Source: a virus
DNA length: 64,000 bases
Strand: one strand, 5' to 3'
IMG/VR virus record: IMGVR_UViG_3300037346_000220
Span: 47,268 to 111,267 of that record
Below the pieces are notes generated by a model. The model searched no databases, was not told the DNA's origin, and worked only from the letters and a program-made list of their open reading frames with translations. The translations under genes and the position numbers were made by a program. This document shows, piece after piece, positions 45,177 to 54,489 of the stretch (positions within the stretch are counted from its first letter, which is position 1; each line of letters begins with the position of its first letter).

Positions 45177-48100
45177 ATGAGTTACGCTGGACTACACGTA
45201 CACACGCACTATTCACTATTCGACGGTATTGCTACTCCACAAGAGTATGTCGACAGAGCCGTAGAGCTGGGTATGCCAGCCATTGCTATCACCGACCACG
45301 GAAGTCTCTCTGGACACCGTGAGATGTATCGTGCTGCAAAGGCAGCAGGCATCAAGCCCATCCTCGGAATCGAGGGATACATTACTAAGGATCGCCTTCT
45401 CCACGAAGACAAGAAGCACTTGAATGATCCACTAGACCTGAACTACAACCACCTAATTATTCTTGCAAAGAATGACAAGGGTTTAGAGAACCTAAATAAG
45501 CTAAACGAACTTGCTTGGACTGAAGGATTTTATCGTAAGCCTCGTATTGACTGGGTAATCCTGGAACAGTACAAAGAAGGACTGATCGTAACCTCTGGAT
45601 GTCTCTCTGGTGTCCTAGCAAAAGCCATCGAGGCCGATGAGCTAGCCTACGCAAAAGAGCATGTCCAGTGGTGTAAGAAGACTTTTGGAGATGACTACTA
45701 CATAGAGGTAATGCCTCACAACCCACCAGAGATCAACAAGACTCTTTTGGCACTCGCAGATGAGTTTGGAGTTACTCCAGTAGTCACACCTGATTGCCAC
45801 CACTCAGATCCAGGGCAGAAAGACATTCAGGAGCTAAAGTTAATCCTAAATTCCTACTCTAATAAGACTCTTAAAGATGTTACTTATGAGAAGTCAACTA
45901 AGCACGAGAAGCTAAACGACCGTCTAGATTACCTGTACGGCGCAGATCGCCCAATGACCTTTAAGCGATTTGACATATACCTACTGTCTGACGAAGAGAT
46001 GCACACAGCCATGAAGGCTCAGGGTATTGACCGAGAAGACATGTACCAAGCAACTAGAGACATTGTTGCAAAGGTAGAAGACTACGACATTAGAGACCAC
46101 CAAGACCTCTTGCCAGTACAGTATCAGAACCCAGACAAAGAACTTTATGACCTAGCAATTGCAGGACTAAAGATCAGAGGCCTAGATACAAACCAAGAGT
46201 ACCTTGACCGTTTGGATGTAGAGCTGAAAGTTATTAAGGACAAGAAGTTTGGTCCTTACTTCCTAGTCGTAAGGTCTATGATTGCTTGGGCTAAGAAAGA
46301 AGATATCATGGTTGGGCCTGGTCGAGGCTCTGCTGCTGGCTCTTTGCTTTGCTATGCTCTAGAGATTACAGATATAGATCCTATAGTTCACGGGCTCCTA
46401 TTCTTTAGGTTTATTAACCCAGACCGTAATGACTTCCCAGATATTGATACTGACATTCAGGACACCAGAAGAGAAGAAGTTAAGGATTACCTGACTAGGC
46501 AGTATCGCCACGTGGCATCTATTGCGACCTTCCTCGAGTTTCGTGGTAAGGGAATGATTAGAGACATTTCACGTGTCCTCAATATCCCCTTGATGGATGT
46601 GAACAAGCTTCTTAAACTTGTCGATGACTGGGAAGACTTTACTATGTCTAAGCAGTCTGCGTGGTTTCGTGAAAAGTATCCAGAGGTAGAGGTATATGGT
46701 AACCAACTCCGTGGTCGGATCCGAGGCACAGGAATTCACGCTGCTGGTGTTGTAACTTCTAAGGAGCCAATATTTAAATATGCCCCTCTAGAAACAAGAA
46801 CCTCTCCAGGAACTAAAGAAAGAATTCCTGTAGTCGCTGTAGACATGGCTGAGGCAGAGAGAATTGGTCTAATTAAGATTGACGCTCTAGGCCTCAAGAC
46901 TCTGTCCGTGATTCAGGATACACTTAAGATTGTCGCTAGTAGGACTGGTAAGAAGATTGACCTCCATGATATAGATATGGATGACAAAAATGTCTACGCC
47001 ATGCTGTCCGATGGTCACACAAAGGGTGTCTTCCAGTGTGAAGCAACTCCATATACAAATCTTCTAGTTAAGATGGGGGTGAAGAACTTCTCAGAGCTGG
47101 CAGCTTCTAATGCCTTGGTCCGCCCTGGCGCTGCAAACACTATTGGTAAAGATTACATTGCTCGCAAGCAGGGTAGGCAGAGTATTAGCTACCACCACAA
47201 AGTGTTCAAGGAGTTCACGGAAGAGACTTATGGTTGTATCTTGTACCAGGAGCAGGTCATGCAAGCGTGTGTCCACCTTGGAGGAATGACAATGGCAGAA
47301 GCAGACACTGTTCGTAAGATCATTGGAAAAAAGAAGGATGCCAAAGAGTTTGACCAGTTTAGGGATAAGTTTGTAAAGGGAGCATCTCAGTTTGTATCCC
47401 CAAACGTCGCAGGAGACCTCTGGAGCGACTTTGAGGCCCACGCAGGATACTCTTTCAATAAGTCTCACGCCGTGGCTTACTCGACGCTCTCATACTGGAC
47501 TGCATGGTTAAAGTATGTCTATCCTCTAGAGTTCATGTATTCAGTGCTCAAGAATGAAAAAGATAAGGATGCCAGAACTGAGTATCTTATCGAGGCTAAG
47601 CGTATGAATATTCCCGTAAGGCTTCCTCACATAAACGACTCTGATGCCGACTTTAAAATTGAAGGCAAAGGAATAAGATTTGGTCTAACCGCTATAAAGT
47701 ATATATCCGACAACATTGCTGGAAAGTTTATGGAAGCTAGGCCATTTTCATCGTACAAGGAACTTCAGGAATTCACAACCTCAAAGGGTAACGGGGTAAA
47801 CACTAGAGCCCTATCATCTCTAAAGATTATTGGAGGAGCAACCTTCGATGATAATCCTAGGAATGACGAAGAGATTAAAGAGAATCTATACGAGTACTTA
47901 AACTTGCCAGAGTTTAATATTCCTGTGCCTTCGCACTACCACGCCTTTATGGACGAGGTATGTGACTTCGAAGAAAAGGGATCTTTTGTCTTAATGGGAA
48001 TGGTCAAGAGCATAAAGCGTGGAAAGGGTTGGTCTAGGGTAGAACTTTTGGATAAAACTGGAAGCGTAGGTATCTTTGACGATGAGGACACCACTATTGA

Positions 48101-48461
48101 GCCAGGACAGACTTACCTGTTGTTGGCAAGTGATAACAGAATTGTTACAGCTATACCAGCAGCTGAGATAAAGGATTCTAAGGCCTCAATTATTAGGTTC
48201 TTAAACTACAAGACATTGCCCTTTAAGGACGATGAGTTGTACGTTGTAGCATTTAACACCAGGGTTACGAAAGCAGGCAAGAAAATGGGATCCCTCACCC
48301 TTGCCGATGCTTCACGTGACCTCCACCCAGTCACTGTATTTCCTACGGCATTTCCAAAGGCATACATGAAGATTAAAGAAGGAACAGCTTATAGGTTCTC
48401 TCTAGGAAAAACGAAAGATGGAACAATTATTTTGGAGGATGTATTAGATGACAACGTTTGA
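45177..48461 (+). CDS. dnaE: DNA polymerase III alpha subunit (family C)
   Basis: PHP motifs HVHTHYS and TDHG, plus GRGSAAGS, PDIDTD, HAAGVV and FNKSH. Confidence 0.96.
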   Translation: MSYAGLHVHTHYSLFDGIATPQEYVDRAVELGMPAIAITDHGSLSGHREMYRAAKAAGIKPILGIEGYITKDRLLHEDKKHLNDPLDLNYNHLIILAKNDKGLENLNKLNELAWTEGFYRKPRIDWVILEQYKEGLIVTSGCLSGVLAKAIEADELAYAKEHVQWCKKTFGDDYYIEVMPHNPPEINKTLLALADEFGVTPVVTPDCHHSDPGQKDIQELKLILNSYSNKTLKDVTYEKSTKHEKLNDRLDYLYGADRPMTFKRFDIYLLSDEEMHTAMKAQGIDREDMYQATRDIVAKVEDYDIRDHQDLLPVQYQNPDKELYDLAIAGLKIRGLDTNQEYLDRLDVELKVIKDKKFGPYFLVVRSMIAWAKKEDIMVGPGRGSAAGSLLCYALEITDIDPIVHGLLFFRFINPDRNDFPDIDTDIQDTRREEVKDYLTRQYRHVASIATFLEFRGKGMIRDISRVLNIPLMDVNKLLKLVDDWEDFTMSKQSAWFREKYPEVEVYGNQLRGRIRGTGIHAAGVVTSKEPIFKYAPLETRTSPGTKERIPVVAVDMAEAERIGLIKIDALGLKTLSVIQDTLKIVASRTGKKIDLHDIDMDDKNVYAMLSDGHTKGVFQCEATPYTNLLVKMGVKNFSELAASNALVRPGAANTIGKDYIARKQGRQSISYHHKVFKEFTEETYGCILYQEQVMQACVHLGGMTMAEADTVRKIIGKKKDAKEFDQFRDKFVKGASQFVSPNVAGDLWSDFEAHAGYSFNKSHAVAYSTLSYWTAWLKYVYPLEFMYSVLKNEKDKDARTEYLIEAKRMNIPVRLPHINDSDADFKIEGKGIRFGLTAIKYISDNIAGKFMEARPFSSYKELQEFTTSKGNGVNTRALSSLKIIGGATFDDNPRNDEEIKENLYEYLNLPEFNIPVPSHYHAFMDEVCDFEEKGSFVLMGMVKSIKRGKGWSRVELLDKTGSVGIFDDEDTTIEPGQTYLLLASDNRIVTAIPAAEIKDSKASIIRFLNYKTLPFKDDELYVVAFNTRVTKAGKKMGSLTLADASRDLHPVTVFPTAFPKAYMKIKEGTAYRFSLGKTKDGTIILEDVLDDNV

Positions 48462-49455
48462 AGAAGCTCTAGCAATGCTCAACCCGAAGCTTAGGAAGAA
48501 GGTTGCGTCAGGTATTGGCATTAAAACTGAATTCCAGGCTACCCCTAGTATGGGCCTGAATAAGGCCTTAGGTGGCGGACTGCCTTATGGAAGGCAGGTT
48601 CTTCTCTGGGGTAGCAAGTCCAGTGCAAAGTCATCTTTATGTCTTCAGACAGTAGCGATGGCACAGAAGGATGGAAAGCTTTGCGCATGGGTAGATGCCG
48701 AGATGTCTTACGATGAAGAGTGGGCACTTGCTCTAGGAGTAGACACCTCACAGTTAATATACTCTGAGGCCAGAAGCACTAATGACATGGTCGATGTAGT
48801 AGTCGGTCTTCTAAATGCAGGAGTCGATATGATTGTCATTGATAGTATTAGTTCTCTTCTGCCAGCGGTATACTTTGAAAAAGATTCTGATGAGCTAAAG
48901 CAGCTGGAGAATACAAAGCAGATAGGTGCAGAATCTAAAGACTTGAAGCATGCTTGGTTAATGATCAACTATGCAAACAACAGAGAAAAGCCAGCACTGA
49001 TCATGGCAATTTCTCAGTCTAGGACTAACATTGGTGGGCTGTATGCTACTCAGCAGCCATCTGGTGGTCAGACTACTCAGTTCATGTCCTCGACAATCAT
49101 AAAGCTATTCTCTTCAACTTCTGATAACAATGCTATCAAGCATAAGATTCCCGTAGGAGACAAGCTTATCGAGCAGAAGGTTGGCCGAAAGGTGCGCTGG
49201 GAAGTAACCCACTCAAAGACATCTGCTCCAGGAGAGACCGCAGAGTACGACTTCTACTTTAAGGGAGACCTTATAGGAATAGATACCGTTGGAGACCTAG
49301 TAGACACAGCAGAGATGATGGGGCTAACAGAGCGTGGAGGAGCTTGGTACAAGCTTCCTAACGGTGAAAAAGCTCAGGGTAGGGATGCCTTTATCAAGTA
49401 CGTAAAAGAAAACCCAGAGTACCAAGAAGAGTTAAGGGGGAAGATCCTTGGCTAA
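48448..49455 (+). CDS. recA: RecA/UvsX-like recombinase
   Basis: LGGGLPYGR, atypical P-loop GSKSSAKS, WVDAE, IVIDS and GGAWY. Confidence 0.85.
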   Translation: MTTFEEALAMLNPKLRKKVASGIGIKTEFQATPSMGLNKALGGGLPYGRQVLLWGSKSSAKSSLCLQTVAMAQKDGKLCAWVDAEMSYDEEWALALGVDTSQLIYSEARSTNDMVDVVVGLLNAGVDMIVIDSISSLLPAVYFEKDSDELKQLENTKQIGAESKDLKHAWLMINYANNREKPALIMAISQSRTNIGGLYATQQPSGGQTTQFMSSTIIKLFSSTSDNNAIKHKIPVGDKLIEQKVGRKVRWEVTHSKTSAPGETAEYDFYFKGDLIGIDTVGDLVDTAEMMGLTERGGAWYKLPNGEKAQGRDAFIKYVKENPEYQEELRGKILG

Positions 49456-49624
49456 CGGTAAGTATGAGATCTTTGCTGGTGAGTTTCCATGCCATACATG
49501 CAAGGTAATAGTCAAAAGCCTTAGGCTTTATGTAGATACAAAAGAAACTACCTGGCTGTGCCCTGAGAGGCACTTGTCTTCTGTGTCTTTTGCTCAAAAG
49601 AAAAGCAGGAAAAACTATGAGTGA
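49448..49624 (+). CDS. Small zinc-ribbon-like protein, 58 aa (absent from the ORF track)
   Basis: TTG start: MANGKYEIFAGEFPCHTCKVIVKSLRLYVDTKETTWLCPERHLSSVSFAQKKSRKNYE (CxxC...CxxxH). It overlaps both neighbours by 8 nt. Confidence 0.65.
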   Translation: MANGKYEIFAGEFPCHTCKVIVKSLRLYVDTKETTWLCPERHLSSVSFAQKKSRKNYE

Positions 49625-49904
49625 ACGAGGAGAGTCAAAGCGCATTGGTGCTAAGCAGCACAAGAACTCAGGACGAAACATGGTCAAGGGTGATGCTAGC
49701 TGGGAAAACTTCGTTGTTGACTTTAAGGAGTATCCTAAAGGCATAACCGTAAACAAAGACATCTGGGCCAAAGCTGTAACAGACGCTATGACACAGGGCA
49801 AAGATCCAGCTCTCATCCTTGTGCTAGGAGAAGGAAACCAGAAGGTCAGGCTTGCAGTTATTGAGTTTGAGATCTTAGACCAGCTAGTTAAGGGTGTATA
49901 CTAA
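49617..49904 (+). CDS. Small PD-(D/E)xK nuclease, possible Holliday junction resolvase
   Basis: SE..E...NSG...KGD...VDFKE pattern; start moved to ATG 49617. Confidence 0.6.
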   Translation: MSERGESKRIGAKQHKNSGRNMVKGDASWENFVVDFKEYPKGITVNKDIWAKAVTDAMTQGKDPALILVLGEGNQKVRLAVIEFEILDQLVKGVY

Positions 49905-49908
49905 TAGT

Positions 49909-50697
49909 ATGAATAAATTTACTGCCCCTGGTATGTGGGATTACCTAACAGATATGAGCAAGTTCAATGAAACCTTGCCAATCTACGTGGAAAAGCCATT
50001 CTCTGAAGATCAGATAGACAGAGTCAAAGCTATCATAGAAAACCTTCTTAACGTAAAACCAGAACATTACCTTGTTCCAGGTGGACAAGAAGAATACCGT
50101 GGTAAAAACTGGTATGACCCAAAGAAAGTTTCTCACATGTCCAGAGAGATGGTAGAGTTCTTAGCCCCAATGGACCTCGAATTAACCATGGACAAGTATG
50201 CCAAGCACCTACACCAAGATGAAATTAAGCTATGCCACTACAGTTACATAGACTATAACCCAGTTCATGGAGATGGAAAATATGCTCCCTCCCTACCTCC
50301 ACATATAGACAACACTGAGACACTGGTCACGTTTAACTACATGCTAGACGGAAATATTGATTGGGAGATTTATATTGATGGCAAGTCCTACGATCTAAAG
50401 GTCGGAGATGCCATAATGTTCAGTGCAGTGAATCAGCCTCACTTTAGGCCAAAGCGTAACTGGAAAGACGGGGAGTTCGTAAAGATCCTTACTTTTGATT
50501 ACTCTCCCCTAACAGATTGGAGATTCTTAAAACAAGATTTCCCTCTTGACCCCTTAAAGTTTCAGGGTAGGATTGCAGCATACAACAAAGCTCTTTCCAA
50601 TGAGCCCAAGATGCAAAGCGCATGGTCAATGTATAATCAGTTAGGCACGGCCCTGGGTTATGACACAAACACTCACGGTTCCTTGGATAGTGTATAA
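49909..50697 (+). CDS. Putative 2OG-Fe(II) oxygenase (HxD...H type)
   Basis: LPPHIDN...W.IYIDG...QPHFRP; ATG lies 6 nt after TATACT. Confidence 0.7.
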   Translation: MNKFTAPGMWDYLTDMSKFNETLPIYVEKPFSEDQIDRVKAIIENLLNVKPEHYLVPGGQEEYRGKNWYDPKKVSHMSREMVEFLAPMDLELTMDKYAKHLHQDEIKLCHYSYIDYNPVHGDGKYAPSLPPHIDNTETLVTFNYMLDGNIDWEIYIDGKSYDLKVGDAIMFSAVNQPHFRPKRNWKDGEFVKILTFDYSPLTDWRFLKQDFPLDPLKFQGRIAAYNKALSNEPKMQSAWSMYNQLGTALGYDTNTHGSLDSV

Positions 50698-50705
50698 TAG
50701 TTATT

Positions 50706-51278
50706 ATGACTATTCAGCAAAATCTAATTATATCTAACGTCTTGTCCGATGCTGAGATCCATTCGGTATATGAGCACATAAATAACACACCAGTAGATAA
50801 GACACAGGTGATAAACCATATAGGTCACAGAGCATACCATAGCTGGTTGCCCCAGAGCGTAGTAGACAAGCTTACATCAGTAGCCCAATCCACTACAAAA
50901 AGAGGCCTTGAGCTTAGAGAGCTTTCTTTCGCCAGGTATAGTCACGAGCTATCTCCTAGACTTCAGCCACATCTAGATTCAGGGTTTAAGGAGCAAAGGC
51001 TAACCTTTGATCTTCAGATTGGAGGTAACGTTCTCTGGCCAATCTCAGTAGAAGGCTCGGAGTTTACTTTAGTAAATAACCAAGCCTTAACTTTTGCAGG
51101 AACCCACCAAATTCACTGGAGGCCCAAGACTACTTTTCTAGAGGGGCAATACCTGGACATGGTATTTTGTCATTATTCGTTTGTCGATGATGAGCCAAAC
51201 TCTCTAGGAGATGAGCACTACTTGCCATTGAGAGCAAGGTGTGATAAACTAATACAGATATACAATAATGAAAGTTAA
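50706..51278 (+). CDS. Putative 2OG-Fe(II) oxygenase (HxD...H type)
   Basis: LQPHLDS...WPISVEG...QIHWRP; tandem paralog of the upstream gene. Confidence 0.7.
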   Translation: MTIQQNLIISNVLSDAEIHSVYEHINNTPVDKTQVINHIGHRAYHSWLPQSVVDKLTSVAQSTTKRGLELRELSFARYSHELSPRLQPHLDSGFKEQRLTFDLQIGGNVLWPISVEGSEFTLVNNQALTFAGTHQIHWRPKTTFLEGQYLDMVFCHYSFVDDEPNSLGDEHYLPLRARCDKLIQIYNNES

Positions 51279-51281
51279 CTA

Positions 51282-51587
51282 ATGGATAAAGAAACTACAA
51301 CAATTGATATGCTCAATGGGCTAAGTGAGATCGCAGATTTCATGGAAGACGAAGAGCTGACAAAAGCCTTAGTGACCATATCAAAGTTAGTGTTGAGACC
51401 AGATATTCCTATGAATGTTGCGGTAATAGAAATTGTTAGGCTGCAAGCAATTGCAGCAAAAATGTCCTTCAGGGCTACCTGGATGGTAAACGTAGATAAA
51501 GGAGATAGAGCGAAGAAGAACATCTACTTCACAGCAGCAGAATCAATTAACAATCTTGTATCTGCACTCAAGTATATTATTCGCTAA
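51282..51587 (+). CDS. Hypothetical helical protein
   Basis: Fills the operon gap before the exonuclease. Confidence 0.6.
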   Translation: MDKETTTIDMLNGLSEIADFMEDEELTKALVTISKLVLRPDIPMNVAVIEIVRLQAIAAKMSFRATWMVNVDKGDRAKKNIYFTAAESINNLVSALKYIIR

Positions 51588-51594
51588 AAACGTT

Positions 51595-52410
51595 ATGGCT
51601 AAAAACTTACTAGATCAAATTATGATAAAGGCTTCGGCAGCAACTGCCTACAAGAGGTCGTTCGTTGACGTCGATGCCCTAAGTGAAAAGATTAAGACTG
51701 GATATACAATTAAGCGTGTGTCCAAGCACACCCAGAAGAAAACCTTTGCTCCATCTACCGTAGCTTACGGCCACGGGGAATGTCCTCGATACTGGTACCT
51801 AGCTTTTGACGGTACAACTTTTACCGACAGTGCAGATGCCTACGGTGGAGCTAATATGACAGCTGGTACAAAATCTCACGAGAGAATACAGGAAGCCATG
51901 GGCAACGTCCCAGACTTTTTGGTTGACTCTGAGTTTAGGATTACAGCTAACGATCCACCCATCTTTGGGTTTGGAGACGTTATTCTAAACGTAGACGGTA
52001 AAGAACTGTTGGGTGAGATTAAGACTATGCCTAATGAGGGCTTCGAGTATCGTAAGGCAGCAGGAAGACCTAAGACTGGTCACCTAGTACAGCTTCTAAT
52101 TTATATGAAAATCTTAGGTAAGGAAGAAGCAGTTCTTATTTATGAAAACAAAAACAATCATGAGCTACTGATTTTACCAGTAGTTCTCAATGATTATTAC
52201 ATTAAGTGGGTTAATGGCACGTTTGACTGGTTAAGGTCAGTTCGTAAGGCATGGACAGACAGGACATTGCCTGAAAAGAACTACAGGTCAAACTCAAGGA
52301 TTTGCAAGGGATGCCCCGTAAAGGCTACTTGTGATCTTGCTGGTAAGGGAGATATAAAAATACTATCCCTGGAGCCTATAAATGAAGAGCAAGCACTGTC
52401 AGTGGTGTGA
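51595..52410 (+). CDS. Cas4-like PD-(D/E)xK exonuclease
   Basis: ECPRYW, GFGD...GEIKT, QLLIY and CKGCPVKATC (four-Cys Fe-S staple). Confidence 0.8.
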   Translation: MAKNLLDQIMIKASAATAYKRSFVDVDALSEKIKTGYTIKRVSKHTQKKTFAPSTVAYGHGECPRYWYLAFDGTTFTDSADAYGGANMTAGTKSHERIQEAMGNVPDFLVDSEFRITANDPPIFGFGDVILNVDGKELLGEIKTMPNEGFEYRKAAGRPKTGHLVQLLIYMKILGKEEAVLIYENKNNHELLILPVVLNDYYIKWVNGTFDWLRSVRKAWTDRTLPEKNYRSNSRICKGCPVKATCDLAGKGDIKILSLEPINEEQALSVV

Positions 52411-52696
52411 TAACACCTTTGCCTCCGTAATATCCTATCAAGTTTATTGCTCGGCAGAATGCCGTGAGGCAGCCACAAAAGAAAAAATAGCAGCACGATA
52501 TGTGCAGACTAGAACCAATAGAAGGATTGGCAAAACAAGGTTGTGCAAAAATTGTAATGCCAATCTTTCTATCTATAACGATGACCCAGTTTGTGCACGG
52601 TGCACCATAAATCCAAAAGATCTTGGCATCGCTATAAAAGACCTGAAGGGGTTGGCAAATGGAAAAGATAGTCAAGCTGTCAAAAAAGAAGATTAA
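52382..52696 (+). CDS. Zinc-finger protein
   Basis: CQWC...YCSAEC and CKNC...CARC. Confidence 0.65.
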   Translation: MKSKHCQWCDNTFASVISYQVYCSAECREAATKEKIAARYVQTRTNRRIGKTRLCKNCNANLSIYNDDPVCARCTINPKDLGIAIKDLKGLANGKDSQAVKKED

Positions 52697-53255
52697 TCCT
52701 AGGCCTAAGCCAAGGAGAATCTGCTCAATTGACGCTAGTACAAATAGCCTTGCTTTTGCAATCTTCGATGATGTAAAGCTGACACACGTAGGCAAGATTG
52801 AATTCGAAGGCAACAACGCATACGAAAAACTCGTTGACGCAGCAAAGAAGTCAGGATCATTCTTTAAGCTATTTGAGATAGATGCAATAGTTATAGAACA
52901 TACGATCTTTATTAATAGTCCAAAAACAGCTGCTGACTTAGCCTTAGTGCAGGGAGCTATGCTAGGAGCTGCAGGCCAGAGTGGAGTTCCAACGGCAGGG
53001 TCAATCAATCCCATCGCTTGGCAAACATATCTTGGAAACAAGAAGCTTAGCCAAGAAGAAAAGCTTGCCATCATGAAAGAGTTCCCAGAGAAGTCTACTT
53101 CCTGGTACAAGGCATATGACAGAGATTTCAGGAAGCAAAGAACAATCAGACTAGTAAACATCCACTATAATAAAACCATTACTGATAATGATGTAGCCGA
53201 TGCCGTAGGTGTGGGACACTATGCTATCAATAACTGGGATAAGTTAGGGACTTGA
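52659..53255 (+). CDS. RuvC-like Holliday junction resolvase
   Basis: SIDASTN, IVIEH and DNDVADA acidic residues. Confidence 0.8.
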   Translation: MEKIVKLSKKKINPRPKPRRICSIDASTNSLAFAIFDDVKLTHVGKIEFEGNNAYEKLVDAAKKSGSFFKLFEIDAIVIEHTIFINSPKTAADLALVQGAMLGAAGQSGVPTAGSINPIAWQTYLGNKKLSQEEKLAIMKEFPEKSTSWYKAYDRDFRKQRTIRLVNIHYNKTITDNDVADAVGVGHYAINNWDKLGT

Positions 53256-53269
53256 CAACAAGGACAAAA

Positions 53270-53422
53270 ATGGCTAAACTATATACAAGCAAGGTGTGGC
53301 TAACGAAGAGATACGTAATGGATAAAAAGACACCACAAGAGATTGCAAAAGAGTGTGGAGCCAGTCTTGAAACCATATATGTATATCTTGCAAAACACGG
53401 ATTAAGGAAATCACGTAGATGA
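53270..53422 (+). CDS. Small HTH protein, 50 aa (absent from the ORF track)
   Basis: MAKLYTSKVWLTKRYVMDKKTPQEIAKECGASLETIYVYLAKHGLRKSRR; ATGA overlap with the next gene. Confidence 0.75.
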   Translation: MAKLYTSKVWLTKRYVMDKKTPQEIAKECGASLETIYVYLAKHGLRKSRR

Positions 53423-53682
53423 GCTTACAAACAGAACAAGATATTGAACGGGTAGCTAACCAGGTAAAAGAACTCCTAGTGGCTAAGAATCGATCCTACG
53501 GTGACTCAGCATTGCACCCCAGCAGGATCTTCTCCAAGTCAGACAACGTTGAGCAACTTTTGGTTCGAATTGACGACAAGCTATCAAGGATTCAGAACGG
53601 TCACGACTGGCCTGGGGACAACGAGATCGACGACCTAATCGGATATCTGGTACTATTAAAGATCGCAAAGGAGAGATCATAA
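53419..53682 (+). CDS. DUF1599/Nmad1-like nucleotide-modification-associated protein
   Basis: KNRSYGDS...VRIDDKLSRI...DLIGYLVL. Confidence 0.75.
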   Translation: MSLQTEQDIERVANQVKELLVAKNRSYGDSALHPSRIFSKSDNVEQLLVRIDDKLSRIQNGHDWPGDNEIDDLIGYLVLLKIAKERS

Positions 53683-53975
53683 TGGGTAGACGCAAGCTAT
53701 CAACCGTAGTTCACCACAGTATCTTTGAAACGAAAACCAGCTTTGAGCTCAACGGCTTTCTAATAACTGCTGGTGACCTCGTAAAGGTTAAGGGCGAATA
53801 TGGGACAAAGTTTAAGGTTCGTGGACTAACTACCAACACAGAGACTGGGGCTCAATGGATAGACACCTTTGAGATGATTCGTGGCCAAGCCTCAGCTTTT
53901 AGAGCGTTTAAGATAGACAGAATTAAGAGAGTGCCTCAAAGAGGAAAGAGAGCCAAGCGTGTCAACGGAATCTGA
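53682..53975 (+). CDS. Hypothetical basic protein (SH3-like pattern)
   Basis: GDLVKVKGEYG...WID; translationally coupled. Confidence 0.55.
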   Translation: MGRRKLSTVVHHSIFETKTSFELNGFLITAGDLVKVKGEYGTKFKVRGLTTNTETGAQWIDTFEMIRGQASAFRAFKIDRIKRVPQRGKRAKRVNGI

Positions 53976-54489
53976 TTTAGTAGTACACCTGGATCAAGTT
54001 AACTCTGTAGTTACGGAGTACTTAAAGGGTAGCGATCCCACCAAGATATCTAAAGACTTGGCCATGCCTAGGCAAAAGGTAGTTGGGTATATCAATGAGT
54101 GGCGAGCAATGGCTTCAGACAACGCTGCTATCCGTGCTAGAGCTAAGGAAGCTCTTGTCGGTGCAGACACCCATTACTCTAAGCTTATAGAAAAAGCCTA
54201 CGAAGTTATTGACGAGTCTACCATGATGGGAAACCTACAGGCCAAAACTGGAGGTATCAAGTTAGTCATGGATCTAGAGTCTCGTCGTATAGATATGCTT
54301 CAGAAAGCTGGCCTGCTAGAAAATAAAGAATTAGCAGAAGAGATGGTTGAAATTGAAGAACGCCAGCAGATTCTTATTCAGATACTAAAAGATGTTGCTT
54401 CACAGCATCCAGAGATCAGGGATAAGATCATGGCTCGTCTATCTCAGGCTACAAAGCCAGGAGAGACAGTAACGATTGTGAATGAATAA
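53959..54489 (+). CDS. Terminase small subunit (putative)
   Basis: N-terminal HTH plus coiled coil, coupled to the large subunit gene. Confidence 0.7.
   Translation: MSTESDLVVHLDQVNSVVTEYLKGSDPTKISKDLAMPRQKVVGYINEWRAMASDNAAIRARAKEALVGADTHYSKLIEKAYEVIDESTMMGNLQAKTGGIKLVMDLESRRIDMLQKAGLLENKELAEEMVEIEERQQILIQILKDVASQHPEIRDKIMARLSQATKPGETVTIVNE

Noticed and set aside
51595-52410. Cas4-like gene as evidence of a CRISPR-Cas system
   Set aside because: There are no other cas genes and no array. Stand-alone Cas4-like nucleases are common in phage recombination modules.
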